From: Bugula neritina | Lineage: Eukaryota; Animalia; Bryozoa | Direction: 5' to 3' | DNA: 64,000 bases | NCBI GenBank assembly: GCA_964035545.1 | Contig: OZ037766.1 | Span: forward strand, 16,978,722-17,042,721 | Shown here: positions 29,001 through 41,000 of the stretch, piece after piece | How the letters are laid out: the number at the start of each line of letters is the position of its first letter | Position numbering within the stretch: position 1 is the first letter of the stretch | Made by a program: the position numbers and the translations under genes | Notes under the pieces: generated by a model | The model's database searches: none | The model's input: the letters and a program-made list of their open reading frames with translations, nothing else | What the model was told of the DNA's origin: nothing

Positions 29001-32000
29001 ACTAGCAGCTACTGGATTAGGGTATCGGGAAAGTAAATTTGTCCTATTATCTTTGCTTCTGCGCCACTCAACCAAAAATCATATCCTGAAAGCTTTAAAG
29101 CCTACCTTTGAATACGCTCTGCTGTCATAATCGGAAGCTCCATCTGTGAGACAAATATTCTACTTAGAGCCTGATTGTCCGTCACTAGAGTAAACTTCCG
29201 CCCATATAAAAAATGCCTGAATTTTTTTAACCCCAAAACAACAGTCAAACCTTCTCGCTCTATTTGTGGATACCAAACCTGCAGAGATGTTAATTTTCGA
29301 GATGCAAACTGTATGGGGTGTTCTACATCATCAATAACATGTAAAAAAACTACTGCTATGCCTACTCTTGAGGCATCACAAGTTAGTTTCACAGGCAAGT
29401 TTGGGTTAAAGTGAACTAGCAGCTTACTTTCTCTCAATAAGTTTATAGATTTTTAGAAAGCATTCTGGGCTGTCTTATCCCAAAAAAATTTAGCATTGGC
29501 CTTAAGCAAAGCATTCAAAGGGGCAACAGTCGCAGCAAGGTTGGGCAAGTAACGCCTGTAAAAATTCAGTAGGCCCACATAAGATCTCACTTTCGATTTA
29601 TCCTTAGGTGCAGGGATGTAGTGGCAAAAATATTCTAGGTTATACTCTCAGGCCGGGGGTCCAGGGGCTGCCCAGGACCCCGCGGCAAGGTGAGGGGCAG
29701 CGTCCCGGCCGCCGAAGCCCTCAGAGCGCTTCTGATGCAAATTTATGCAATTTAAAGCCATTGTAAATTATAATTTTTCTGAAAAAAATTTGTGTTGAAA
29801 TGTGCACCTCACTATTATTTTTATACCATACCAGCTACATAACGACTGGGCATTGCTGCAAACTATATATATATATATATATATATATTTAGTATTGTCC
29901 CATACCTGTTGACTGTAATTTTAAATGTAGTCTTACTCAACTGCAGTTAGGTTTCTTCTGACATGCACTAAGTCCAACCTGTACAGAAAAATTGCTGAAT
30001 ATCTCAAAAAGATTGAAGCATAGAGGCAGGTAACAAGTGCTCTCCAAATGCAACCTGATTATTTTATTAATAACTAATACACTGACGAGCACAGAAAAAA
30101 AATAATAGATCAAAACAGGGACAGATGGCGAATAAGAAAATGTGTGTTGGTTATTTATAAAGAGCAATTTGAACTGATAACTCATTGGCAAGTAGAAATT
30201 GGTTGAAAACTTATTTGGAGTTTATTAGAGTATTAGTTCAATTCATAAGGAGATACCACCACACCTCCTTACACACAATAAAGCACACCCAAAAATAGTA
30301 TCTTGACTTGGTTTTAAAATAAAACCCCTGAGCTTCCACTAGACACACCAAGGAAATATACCCCAAAAAAACAAATTTGACAGGTTTAACATGTGCTAAC
30401 CTAGAAAATGATTAAATGTAGAGCCAGACGTTAGTTAGTACAATCAAACATAAAGAATTACTTATGGTGCTATACAGTTTGCAAAACCTCATTGCATTGA
30501 TAAATAACATGCAATAACGCTAAGTTTTTGACCAAAATGTGGACATAGTACCTGTAGACCTCAGTGATAAATTTTCATTAACCTCTCCTACACAACTGGT
30601 ACTGTTTCCTGAAGACATTTTGATTTCATTTCTGGATTTAATGTTGGTTTTTTCCAAATTCCATTGCTTATTGAGAAAATACAAGTCCACACAAGATAGA
30701 TAAAGGCAACCTTTTAGCTGTCACTGCCTTGCTGAGGCCACATCATTTATATATGATAAGAATTCAGTCCTGTCAAATGAAACCTCACTTAATTGTGCTA
30801 GAATTAAAATTTAAAAAACCATGTTGTAGATCTTCCGGTTCCTCAGAGCACTCGCTTTTTCGAGTTTTCAATATTTTTTTGCAAAGTTGTAGACAAAAAG
30901 CTACAAATGTTTGGCCAATTTGACCTGAAAAGTTTATTTTTCAATCCCTGCCAAATATCTCCGCAGGAAAGCATAGCATTCGACTAGGAAACCGAGAAAT
31001 TTATGCATAGCAAATTTTTGATCTTTTCAATAGCCTTTATTGATTTTCTACAAATTAGTGATTTATACACTGAAAATGAAAGTTTTTTTCCTTAGTGATC
31101 ACCAATGCACAGCACTTCACGCTTCAGTGAACATGTAGAGATGAGAAGATGTAATAGTGTAATCTCAGGCTAAACAGTCACAAGTAGGCAACACGCATAA
31201 CCACATAGCATTAACATAACAAGAACTTAAACTAGATTGTGAGCGAAATCTATGATATTTTTAGTGAGGGTGCCCTAACTATCCTGTGCACTAATCATTT
31301 TTCAAAAAATATGCCCATTTGGGCATAGGGCCTAGTACAGTCTATTTTCTTCTAGACCATGCGACGTATGGGATCCTATGGGCACCACTCCATCTCTGCT
31401 TAGGTGCCTCAGTTTCAAGGATGTTATCTAACTTAGCAGGAATTGGCTTAATGCCCTCACCATCAATTATGTGACCAAAATATTTCACTTCTGGCTTCAG
31501 AGAAGAACATTTTGAGCGCTTTAATTTCAAACCATGTTCTTTTATACGTTTGAAAATCAACTCTAGCTTATGGTTATGTTCCTCTACAGTTCGCCCTGCA
31601 AATAATATGTCATCATACTGATCATAGTATATATGAACACCCTTTATACCATTAAGCACATGTTCTATGGCATTTTGCCACAAGGATGAAGCAGTTTTGA
31701 TACCATACAGCAGTCTGTTATACTGATACAAGCCTCTATTGGTGACCAGTGTTAGCAACTCTTTGGATGACTCATGTATGACCATCTGATTATATGCTTA
31801 GGCAAAATCTAAGTTTGAGAAATAGTTGTTTCCTGCTAAATCACACAGAATATTTTCTATGTTTATTTGAGGTGGTGCTACTTCCTTAAGAAAAGGGTCT
31901 GACAGAGCCATCAGGTTTGGGAATAAAGAGTAAGCTAGTGGACCAGCTACTGTGTTCAACAGGTGTCAAAATTCCTTCATTAATTAGCCTACCAAGCTCC

Positions 32001-35000
32001 TTGTCTACTACAGAATGAAGTGCAATAGGCACTCTGTAAGGTTTAGCGCATTTGGGGGTAGCACCATCAGCCAACTTAGCTTAACTGGTCGACCTTTTAG
32101 CAAACCTTGACCTTTAAAGATATCAGAGTACATTGCTAGCAATTGTTCTATGCCATTTACCAATGAACTTACCACACTCTTTATGGCTTGCCAATTAATT
32201 TGCAACTTTCCCAGCCAGTCTCTTCCCAGCAGAGCAAACTTTGATGCACCGAGAACATGAAGCTACATCCGTTTAGTCTGGCCAAAATATTTGACATTTA
32301 TTTCCATTCTACCTTTGCAATTCACCACATCTCTAGTGAAGCTACAAAATTTTACATCAGAAGGTGAAAGTTTTACATTGCTAAAATGTTTCTGATACAT
32401 AGAATAGAGAACTATTGAGACTGAAGCACCAGTGTCGATTTCCATGTTGACATTAGCATCGTTAATTTGCAAAGTAACAAATATGGATTAGATAAATTAT
32501 ATTTTTCTGCCAGAAGAGTGCTAGCTATTTGAACATTAGCCATGTCTGATGATGAATCACTTTCATCTGAATGTACATAATCTTCAGAATGATATTGTTG
32601 AGCAATATTTGTTTGAACTCTCTCTACACTACACATGGGCTTAATGTGTCCTCTTTTCTCACATGAGTGGCAATTGGCATTTTTAAATCTGCATCTATCT
32701 GGATGATAATCTCTACCACATCTCCAACATTTTGTGTTATGGTTACTGTTAAAATACTCAGCTGTGGGTAATGGCGGTCCCAGGCGTGGAGCTGTGTGAC
32801 TGTTGGAGGCCTGGGACCTTGAAGCATGAGGACCGCTCTTGGTGGGTAATCTTTCCGAATAAACTGCATTCACAGGTTCTGATGGCAGTGCATGTTTACC
32901 AATGACACTTGACTGATAATCGTCCATTTGCTTTGCTAAAGTCACAGCATTATCCCATGTCAGAGTTGTGTTTTCTCTTATCAATGCTTGTCTGATTGTG
33001 TCAGACCTGACACCAGCCACAAGCCTGTTCCGTAGCTTTTGTTTTAACTGCTCAGTGGGTCCGAAGTTGCAGGGAATAGACAGTGCTTTGAGGGCCAGTA
33101 TAAAGTCAGACACTGGCTCAGTAGGTGATTGTGTTCTGGTATCAAATACATAAGCTTCTGCTACCTCATTCTTAGCTCTAAAATGATGGTCAAAAAGCTT
33201 CATCAAGCCAGTATAATTCATTTTGTTGATTGATGTAGGAGCTTATAAGTTTACTAATAGGCTCACATCATCACTCCCAAGCATAGCAATAAAAACTGTT
33301 TTCCGCTTTTCACTTTCTGTTTTATCATTCACTATTAGCCATGACGTAAATCTGGTCTTATAAGTAGACCAATCTTCTGTGTCTTTCTTGAATTCGCTAA
33401 TGTTGCCTGCGGGCATAGTTAGGGAAAAGTATTGAGTTCAAAATAATAAAAATAAAGACCATCAATCATCGGGTGACTAGTCAATATTCCGAAGGCCCAT
33501 TGCTCCGAAGGTCCATTATTCCGAAGGTGCATTGGTCAGAAGGTGCATTGTTCCGAAGGTGCATTGTTCCGAAGGTGCATTAGTCTGAAAATTAGTAGAT
33601 ATAGTAATATATCACTGAGAATATCATAAATTTCACTCACAATCTTGCTATACTATTGCTAGCCGTGGGTGGCTTGCATGTGGCCTACTTGTAACTTTTT
33701 TAGCCTGAGGTTACGCTATGATGCTGCCTCAATTAAAGGCTGCATCATCTATCAACATTCCATTGTGGCTGCTCCATTAACTAAGTACACAGCAAGCTAT
33801 TCACTAGCCTGTCAGCTAGCAAGCCTGTAATTAGTAATCTATGCATTAGTATCTCTTCATCTCCAAGTGTTCACTGAAGTATGAAGTGTTGTGCAAGAGT
33901 GATATAATGAGTGTTTTTATTTCACAGTTTATATAAAAATGACAGCTATAAGCAATGAACTCAAAATATCCAGTTCAATGGCTATAGTGAATGCAATTCT
34001 ATTCTAGTTACAGTCAGTCAGCTTATATAGGCCCTTCATATGTTGACTATTAACTGAAAAACTAAAGTAAAAAACATTTAAGCCAAACAGACATTTTGGG
34101 TCTACTGTACTGTATTTATGATAAGCTTGGTAAAAGTTTACCTCATATTTTATAAAAAAATAGTTTGCATTTGAAGTTGGAGTCAAAAAATTATTAGTAT
34201 TGAATGAAATAGTAAATTTCTGGCTTGGCAGTTAATTGTTTGATATCACATATTTAATCTCTAAAATTATCTGTAAGCTGCTAAACTGCATTATTTTATG
34301 CTATTATTCTTAATATCAGTAAATGCAAGCATTGGAGACAAAAAATAATAAACATCTTGCACGCTACTCTAAAATTAAATAACCAAAGCTGCACACCAAA
34401 CCAAGCAACCCCACAAGATATGTAGACGAGGGCAACATTATTAATATATAAGAGTTCAGGTCTGCCAAATAAAACCTCACCTAAACTAAAATTTGAAACC
34501 CATGTTGTAGATTTTCCTGTTGCTCAGAGCAACTATTTTGAAATGTTCAATAAATAATTTTAATTCTAACAATAATTCTACTAATTTTCAGACTAATGCA
34601 CCTTCGGAATACTACTCCGTCCCCCAATCGTCGCCAGCTTGTTATATTAACTGAGGTATATTTCCAACTGACTTTAACCACGCTGGTATGCGCACGCATT
34701 ACAATTAACAAAGACTGGATATATAATATTGAATAAACGGGCGGAGCCAAAATATAACAGCACACATCTTAGCAGTTTCAGAATTTTTTTGAAAAATAAT
34801 TTTCTTGATAAATTTAAACAAAAGACTTCAAAGCATTTATGTGGATCTGGTGTTATTAAGCAATGCTGAAAATTGCAGCTGTCATAAATCCAAGTAATCA
34901 TTTGTTTTTATGGCTGTCACCACTCTGTTTAGAGCCGTAACCTTTTAAATTTTAGAATAATAACATGCTCATCTATGCAATACAGTCCTGGTTATTAATT

Positions 35001-38000
35001 AGCTACAATAGCCAGCTCGGTCGTACTAAAATCTAAATGATCTAAAACATAGATTGGAACACTTGCCTGTAGTTTATGAACGCACTGGCTCATCTGTGTT
35101 AACATGTCTACATACTTACAAACCTATATTACAAAACTAGGCTACCCTACTATAATCTAATATTTCTGGTAAAAATATTAGATAGTGGGGTAGCCTAGTT
35201 ATTTTTGTAATATAGGTCTGTAAGTATGTGAACATGTTAATACAGATGAGCCAGTTGTTATATTTTTCAGTATTGTGGGTTTCAGTGTGTAATCAAGTTA
35301 TTGCATTGCATGTAGTTTAAATCAATCTCGCAATTGTAGTTTCAGATAATAAGAATATATTTATACAAATAAGCACACAATAAAAACTCTACATCTACTC
35401 AGATACGTTACAACAACTCAGCACAGTGTCTCTAGTTTGCCTGCCTGCTAACAACTGCTCTACTACGCAAGAAGTCACAGTTCTAATAATAACTGACGAT
35501 TCCTATTGGAGGATTTGTTATCTCGGGTCATCTTCTATACACCCAATGACCCCGCATTACAGTCAGAAGAAAAGTAATGTTTTCCCCTTTTTAATTTTGA
35601 TATTAATTCATCGAGCCACGACACCGCCCCCACCAGCAGAAAGCCCACTTCCTGATAAAAATACCCATACAATAATACAAGACTAATGATAAAAAACAGA
35701 TACATAATATAAGACATACATACATCACGATACAAGAATACACTATTATAAGAACACAAGGTACACACACGTGACCAGATATAGAGAAAGAAGTAGGCTA
35801 GCTACGACGGCAACCAGCAAAAGAAGACAACAGGCATTTACAAAATCACAATGTCGTACACCGAGAGTTCCCAAGAAGGACAGGATTCACAGATAAGTCC
35901 GTGTTTATGAGGGTTATTGTCACTGCTTAGAGAAAGGATGCTTAGCTTGGCGGGCACACAGTCTCTGTTTTATTCGCCCTACAGAGTCTTTGAGCTGATA
36001 CAGCCCAGCGGTTGTATTTAATAAATCTGGGACCAACTGTGTAAAATCAGCCTGTAATCGGAAGAGTCGCTCCTCTACTGTGGCCAGGCGGGTCGGTCAT
36101 TCCGGGGGGAGGGGGGTGGGGGGAGTCATGGCTCTCTGGCGGGGTGATTTTGCCCCTTCCTCTACCTCCGCTAGAATCGGTTCTTCGGGAACGGGTATAA
36201 TTTCAGGCTTATCAGCTACTATGGAGGACTGCTGCCGAGCATACTTCAGTACGTGTTGAAATCTCGAGGTCAGGACGACTAGCACCAAAGCCTTCTTCAC
36301 CAGTGGCCGGATGAGTGTTAGGAATTCCGGATACATATCGACATCCACGACATAGTTTTCCCCGGGATAACATCCAGCAGCTCTATGCACAATGATTGGG
36401 TATGGGTAGAGATCGTCATGCCCGCATGGGCAGAAAGTCAATAAGAAGTGTGCATCTACATGCAGTCTTAGAGAACGGTGAGATGGCGGTCCTCGTTACA
36501 TGTTTGGCACCGGGTACTCTCCTTCGGTCTCCACGCGGCCTCTATCTTCTTTTAGGTTGCTGGCGGTTGGTCCCGTAACCTGGTGGTAGCAGGTCAAGTG
36601 TAACCTGAAAGAGTTCAACAGTGTTAGTAAGATATACTGAAGTGTGGCCGGCATTAGACAGCTTGACAGCTTCTTATTCAGTTAGGCACTCGTGAGAGTT
36701 ATGCTAGCAAATATTTGGAGGGGAACACACACTGCAATGGGAGATCTATAAAATCTCTAAGTCAATCTATGTCCCTACCACTATCCCCAGCTCAATTGAC
36801 TCAGTCGAGTCGGAGCCGAGTGATGCAATCTAGTTTCCATACCAAAAAAGAACATAGTTAACTCACCCCTCAATCCGGTATTGTAAGACATGCTGAATTT
36901 AGAATGGTTTTTACTAGTGACTAGTGGCACTCCTGCTCTTAACTGCACCAGCGTAAGAAAAAATCGAGCAACGTGGTTTGGGTGCGTGACTATGACTCCG
37001 CACACCCGGCGAATGAATTCTATTTGTAGTTCCGCTGATGTAAAGGTTGATATTTTCGTAGGGCTCACAACTCCCACAATTGCCCGATGGTTTTCCCATA
37101 CTGTTTCTTGCTAGACTTTCATCTGTGCCGCTTTGAATGCAGTCACATACGAAGTCTTTCAAATACGCCGGGGGGTTATCTAGTATGTTGTCCTCGTTCC
37201 AGAGGGAGTGGTGCACTCATCGGTGAACTATCAAGTTCCACTGGCGGCGTTTCCGGTCTCCTAGTAACCGTTTCCTCTCCGCTTTCTCCGGATGGAGCCC
37301 CTCCCTCCGTGGGAGTTTGCACTTCCGGATCCCGCTCGGGTTCCGGAAGTGATGGCGTCAAACCTGGGGCTGGAGATGGCGGACGCACTTCTGCTGGCGG
37401 AAGCGGTCGCTCGTCTCTTGCCAAATCTTCCTCCCGCGGAATGACCATCTCATATTCGGGTCCATGCCGCCGCCACCTATGCGTCGTTGTCTGCTTTCTT
37501 GGCTCCAACAATGGGGGAGCTTCTCTCACCGCGTCGGGGCTAGCCCAATACGGCTTCAAGCAAACCTCATTCTGGATAAACACCTGTTCTGAGCGCTTGA
37601 TCATGTAGGTATGGTTGGGCATAGCCTCGACTACCACGTAGGGTCCCACGAACTTAGGCTGTAATTTAGCCGCCTGTCCACGACGACTACGGTAATTAAC
37701 CATCCACACCCAATCTCCTGTTTGATAGAGGGGTGGTTCTTTGGATTCATCAAAACGAGGTAGAGAGTAGGCGTCCTGTATGGTCACGCTATTGGGCTTG
37801 CGGTAATCCACACAGAACCACTAACTTCCGTCTTTCTGCATTTTCCCGCTCCATGCGCTATGGGCTGGTTCTATGAGGCCGCGGTCCAGAAGATCCCGGA
37901 CTTGTCGGCTGACCTCTTTCTCCTTCTCCGGCTCCAACCTGCGCCTGGGTTGCCGTATAGGGACTGTCCCTGCAGCCAGTGGTACCTTGTGTCTGGCAAC

Positions 38001-41000
38001 TCGTGTCAGTCCCACGTCATCGTCTACGCTGCTGAACACATCACCGTATTCGCGTAGCAACTTCGCCATAGCCTGGCGTTCCTCGTTGCTCGCACAGCCA
38101 TCACAGGCTGTCTCATACAACTCCTTGATGTGTAGCGGGACGATCCCCGCCCTTTTGGCGGGCGCTGTGAGGGACCCTTCGTTGTATCTCCCAACGATGA
38201 TCCCACGTCCTCTTCCTGGACGGAGTGGAAACGGACCCAGCATGGACCCTGCCGGTAGCTTTACCGACTCCGCAAAGGGATTGAGGCACTGCACTAAGAT
38301 CTCTTCTTGCGCAGTCAGTTGGTTTAAACTGCTGGCAAGTTGGATTCTATCGTGCGCACCTTTCACTGCTCCCAATCCGGAGATCTGGCTATTGTTCACT
38401 ATGCAGTGAATAGTAGCTCGGGAGCGGCTCGGTATTGTACAGTTCCGTACTACCTGCATGCCTCCCCCTAGAGGACGGCTGAACTTGTCAACACGGATTA
38501 CATCGAAGAAAAACGACACGTTCCTATGCAATTCGTACAAAGTTATCTTCTCTTTGACGGCTGAACTAAAATGATAATTAATATGGTCAACTTTGAGTCG
38601 GTGTTCATGCACAATGACAATTTTTTTTAATTCTTCTGTCTCCATTTTTAATAGATTAAATTAATTAAATTTCCAAAATTTGAGTCAGCTTATTTGAAAT
38701 TAAAAAAAACATAAACCAATCAAAGCATAAAGTATTTTGTGATCGATAAATTAAAGCTTAAGAGTAATTTAAATTTTCAAAATGAAAACAGCCGTCAACT
38801 GATTTTTAGCTTGGGAATCCTTTGGCTTACGGAAAATTTTTATAAATTTAAGATGATTAGTAATTATTTTAAATAATAGCAGCCAAGATAAATATAATAA
38901 TTTAAATTGTTATGAGCCGAAGTACACGTTAGCGTAGATTGTAGCTTGTAATTATTGTTTACATCGAGTAACTATGTCACTAGCCTCCACATATGCTGAT
39001 TTCTGCCTCCGGCACAAAAGGTTTCGTTTGATTTAACCGAAAGAATCATTTCCATTATCCGCATAACTAATGCGAAGGAAATTTTTAATCAAAGTAGTCG
39101 TTCGATTGAATTTCCGGCTGCGGTTTTGCTTTGATGCAGCTAGTTCGATAGGGCGGATGAAAAAATCCATACGCATATTATGATAATGGAAACGTAGTGA
39201 TTCTAAAAGTTGAAAGGTTAATAGCTCTATAAAGAGTGGTTACAGCCAGCAAAACAGATGATTAATATGGGATTCATATGACAGCTGCCAGCTTTAACAT
39301 TGCTAATAACCAGAACGACAAAAACGCTTTGAAACTCTTTTTTTCTAATTTACCAAGATAACGATTTTCTAAAATTTTCTGAAGCTGCTAATATGTGTCC
39401 TTGTGCCAAAATATTTATTTCGGAAAATAAAATGAAACTCATGCTAGCAATAGTTTTCACACAAACCTCAAATTTCTACTGATTTTATGTGCTTTCTTTC
39501 CATCACAGAAACTCCCCATGTCCTGGGTGGGAGGGGACAACTTCAACTTATAAATACCCCTAGGGCCTAGAGGGACATGAGAAAAGGGTCTATACTACGT
39601 GAGATAATATGCCAAGTGTAAAATATACTATGTGACACAATATACTGTGTAACACAATGTACTATGTGACATAATATACTATGTGACATTATATTACTGT
39701 GTGACATAATGCTGTGTGTTTATACTTCATCAATGGCTTTTGTTTTGATCACTACTCTGATGCTCTAATTATGTCACTATAGTAACATATTATCTTATAA
39801 CTTGAGCTTTTTTAATTTATTATACATAAGTATAAGCTGTAGTTTTTAAGAAAGCAGCTGTTTACTTGAATCACTTCATTGCAGCTCTAATTGAAGTGAA
39901 GGTCTTGCCAAACCAGCCAGCTAAAGAGATGTACAAACTCATGGTGACACATTTGAAGAAGCGATACTATGATGTCACCGTTACTAAGTTTCAGCAGTCC
40001 TATGATCATAAGATGAGTTTACTCAGATTTGATCTTCCAGCAAAGGGTTCGTCACCTGTGTTGATGTTTTGCTGACAATTATTTGTGTAAAGAACGCTAG
40101 AAAATTCAACCAATGCTGTTTGACTCACTTAGTATTAAATAAAAAATAAGCAGATATTAGTAGATATTAAGTAATTATCAATGATATTTGATTTGGTTGT
40201 TATTGAATGATTGACATATAAGTTGCGGCAACAGACCTGAAAGCTTAACACAATTGATAGTGGAGGTTATGCACCTTTACTGGAACTCAAGTATTTGCTC
40301 TCCTTGCAGAGTTAACATTTTTTTGTTTAGAAGCCAAAGACTTGTTGAGTGAAGATCAGTGGCTGTTTTCAAAGGACCCAAACTCAAAGCTTAGCCTCAA
40401 ATCCCGGCATTCAGGTACAAGATTTTGCTTACATATGCTGTTATTTATGTTGAATTATTTCTATCAAGCCTAGAGAAGTGTACTGATTTAAAAAAAGCAA
40501 TTCTGGTGCTGTAGGGAAACGAATTAGAGTGGTGGTAAAAGACAAGAAGATCATGTTCCTAAGCAAAGAGATGCTAACAGATTACTTTAAACATCGTGGA
40601 CTGATTTCTTCAAATGATGGAATTCCTTCTTTTGTTAAACATAAAGCTATTCTTGTGTTGGAGACCTGCTCTGGTTTGTATTTTGTGTGTTGACTCAGTT
40701 CTTGATTTCTTTAAATTTGAACTTGATCAGTTTAATTATTAGTTTGACAACTGAAAAAAATGCAATTGATACTAAATATTATGTGTGTACATATACATGT
40801 GTGTGTTGTTTAGATAAGTTATGATTGAAACTGTTGAAGTTAAATTCAACTACCGGTTCATCAAACATTTTTTTAATTTGTAAAAATAACCTTTTCTTAA
40901 TTCACAGTTTTTCACTATTTAAAATTCTCTTCTTTCAGCTGCACGACTGATGGTTTCCATAAAGACACACTTACTGAAGGATGGTGTAGTCGTGGTTGCA

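Larger units (their letters stand above)
27340..34759 (-). mobile_element. Full-length decayed Ty3/gypsy (Mag-like) LTR retrotransposon
   Basis: 120-bp LTRs 27340-27459 and 34640-34759 (9 mismatches); PBS TGGCGACGA at 34636-34628; PPT at ~27470-27460; gag from 33416 with twin Cys/His knuckles; protease DTGAS, RT, RNase H (CDAS), integrase (HVDYA, VDSYSKW); stops and frameshifts. Confidence 0.95.
27155..39591. mobile_element. Long-TIR DNA transposon (ISL2EU-like ends) hosting nested insertions
   Basis: Ends A(A/G)ACCCTTTTC.CATGTCCC with AT flanks; left arm (27155-27339 plus 34760-34910) aligns with the reverse complement of ~39255-39591. Confidence 0.7.
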
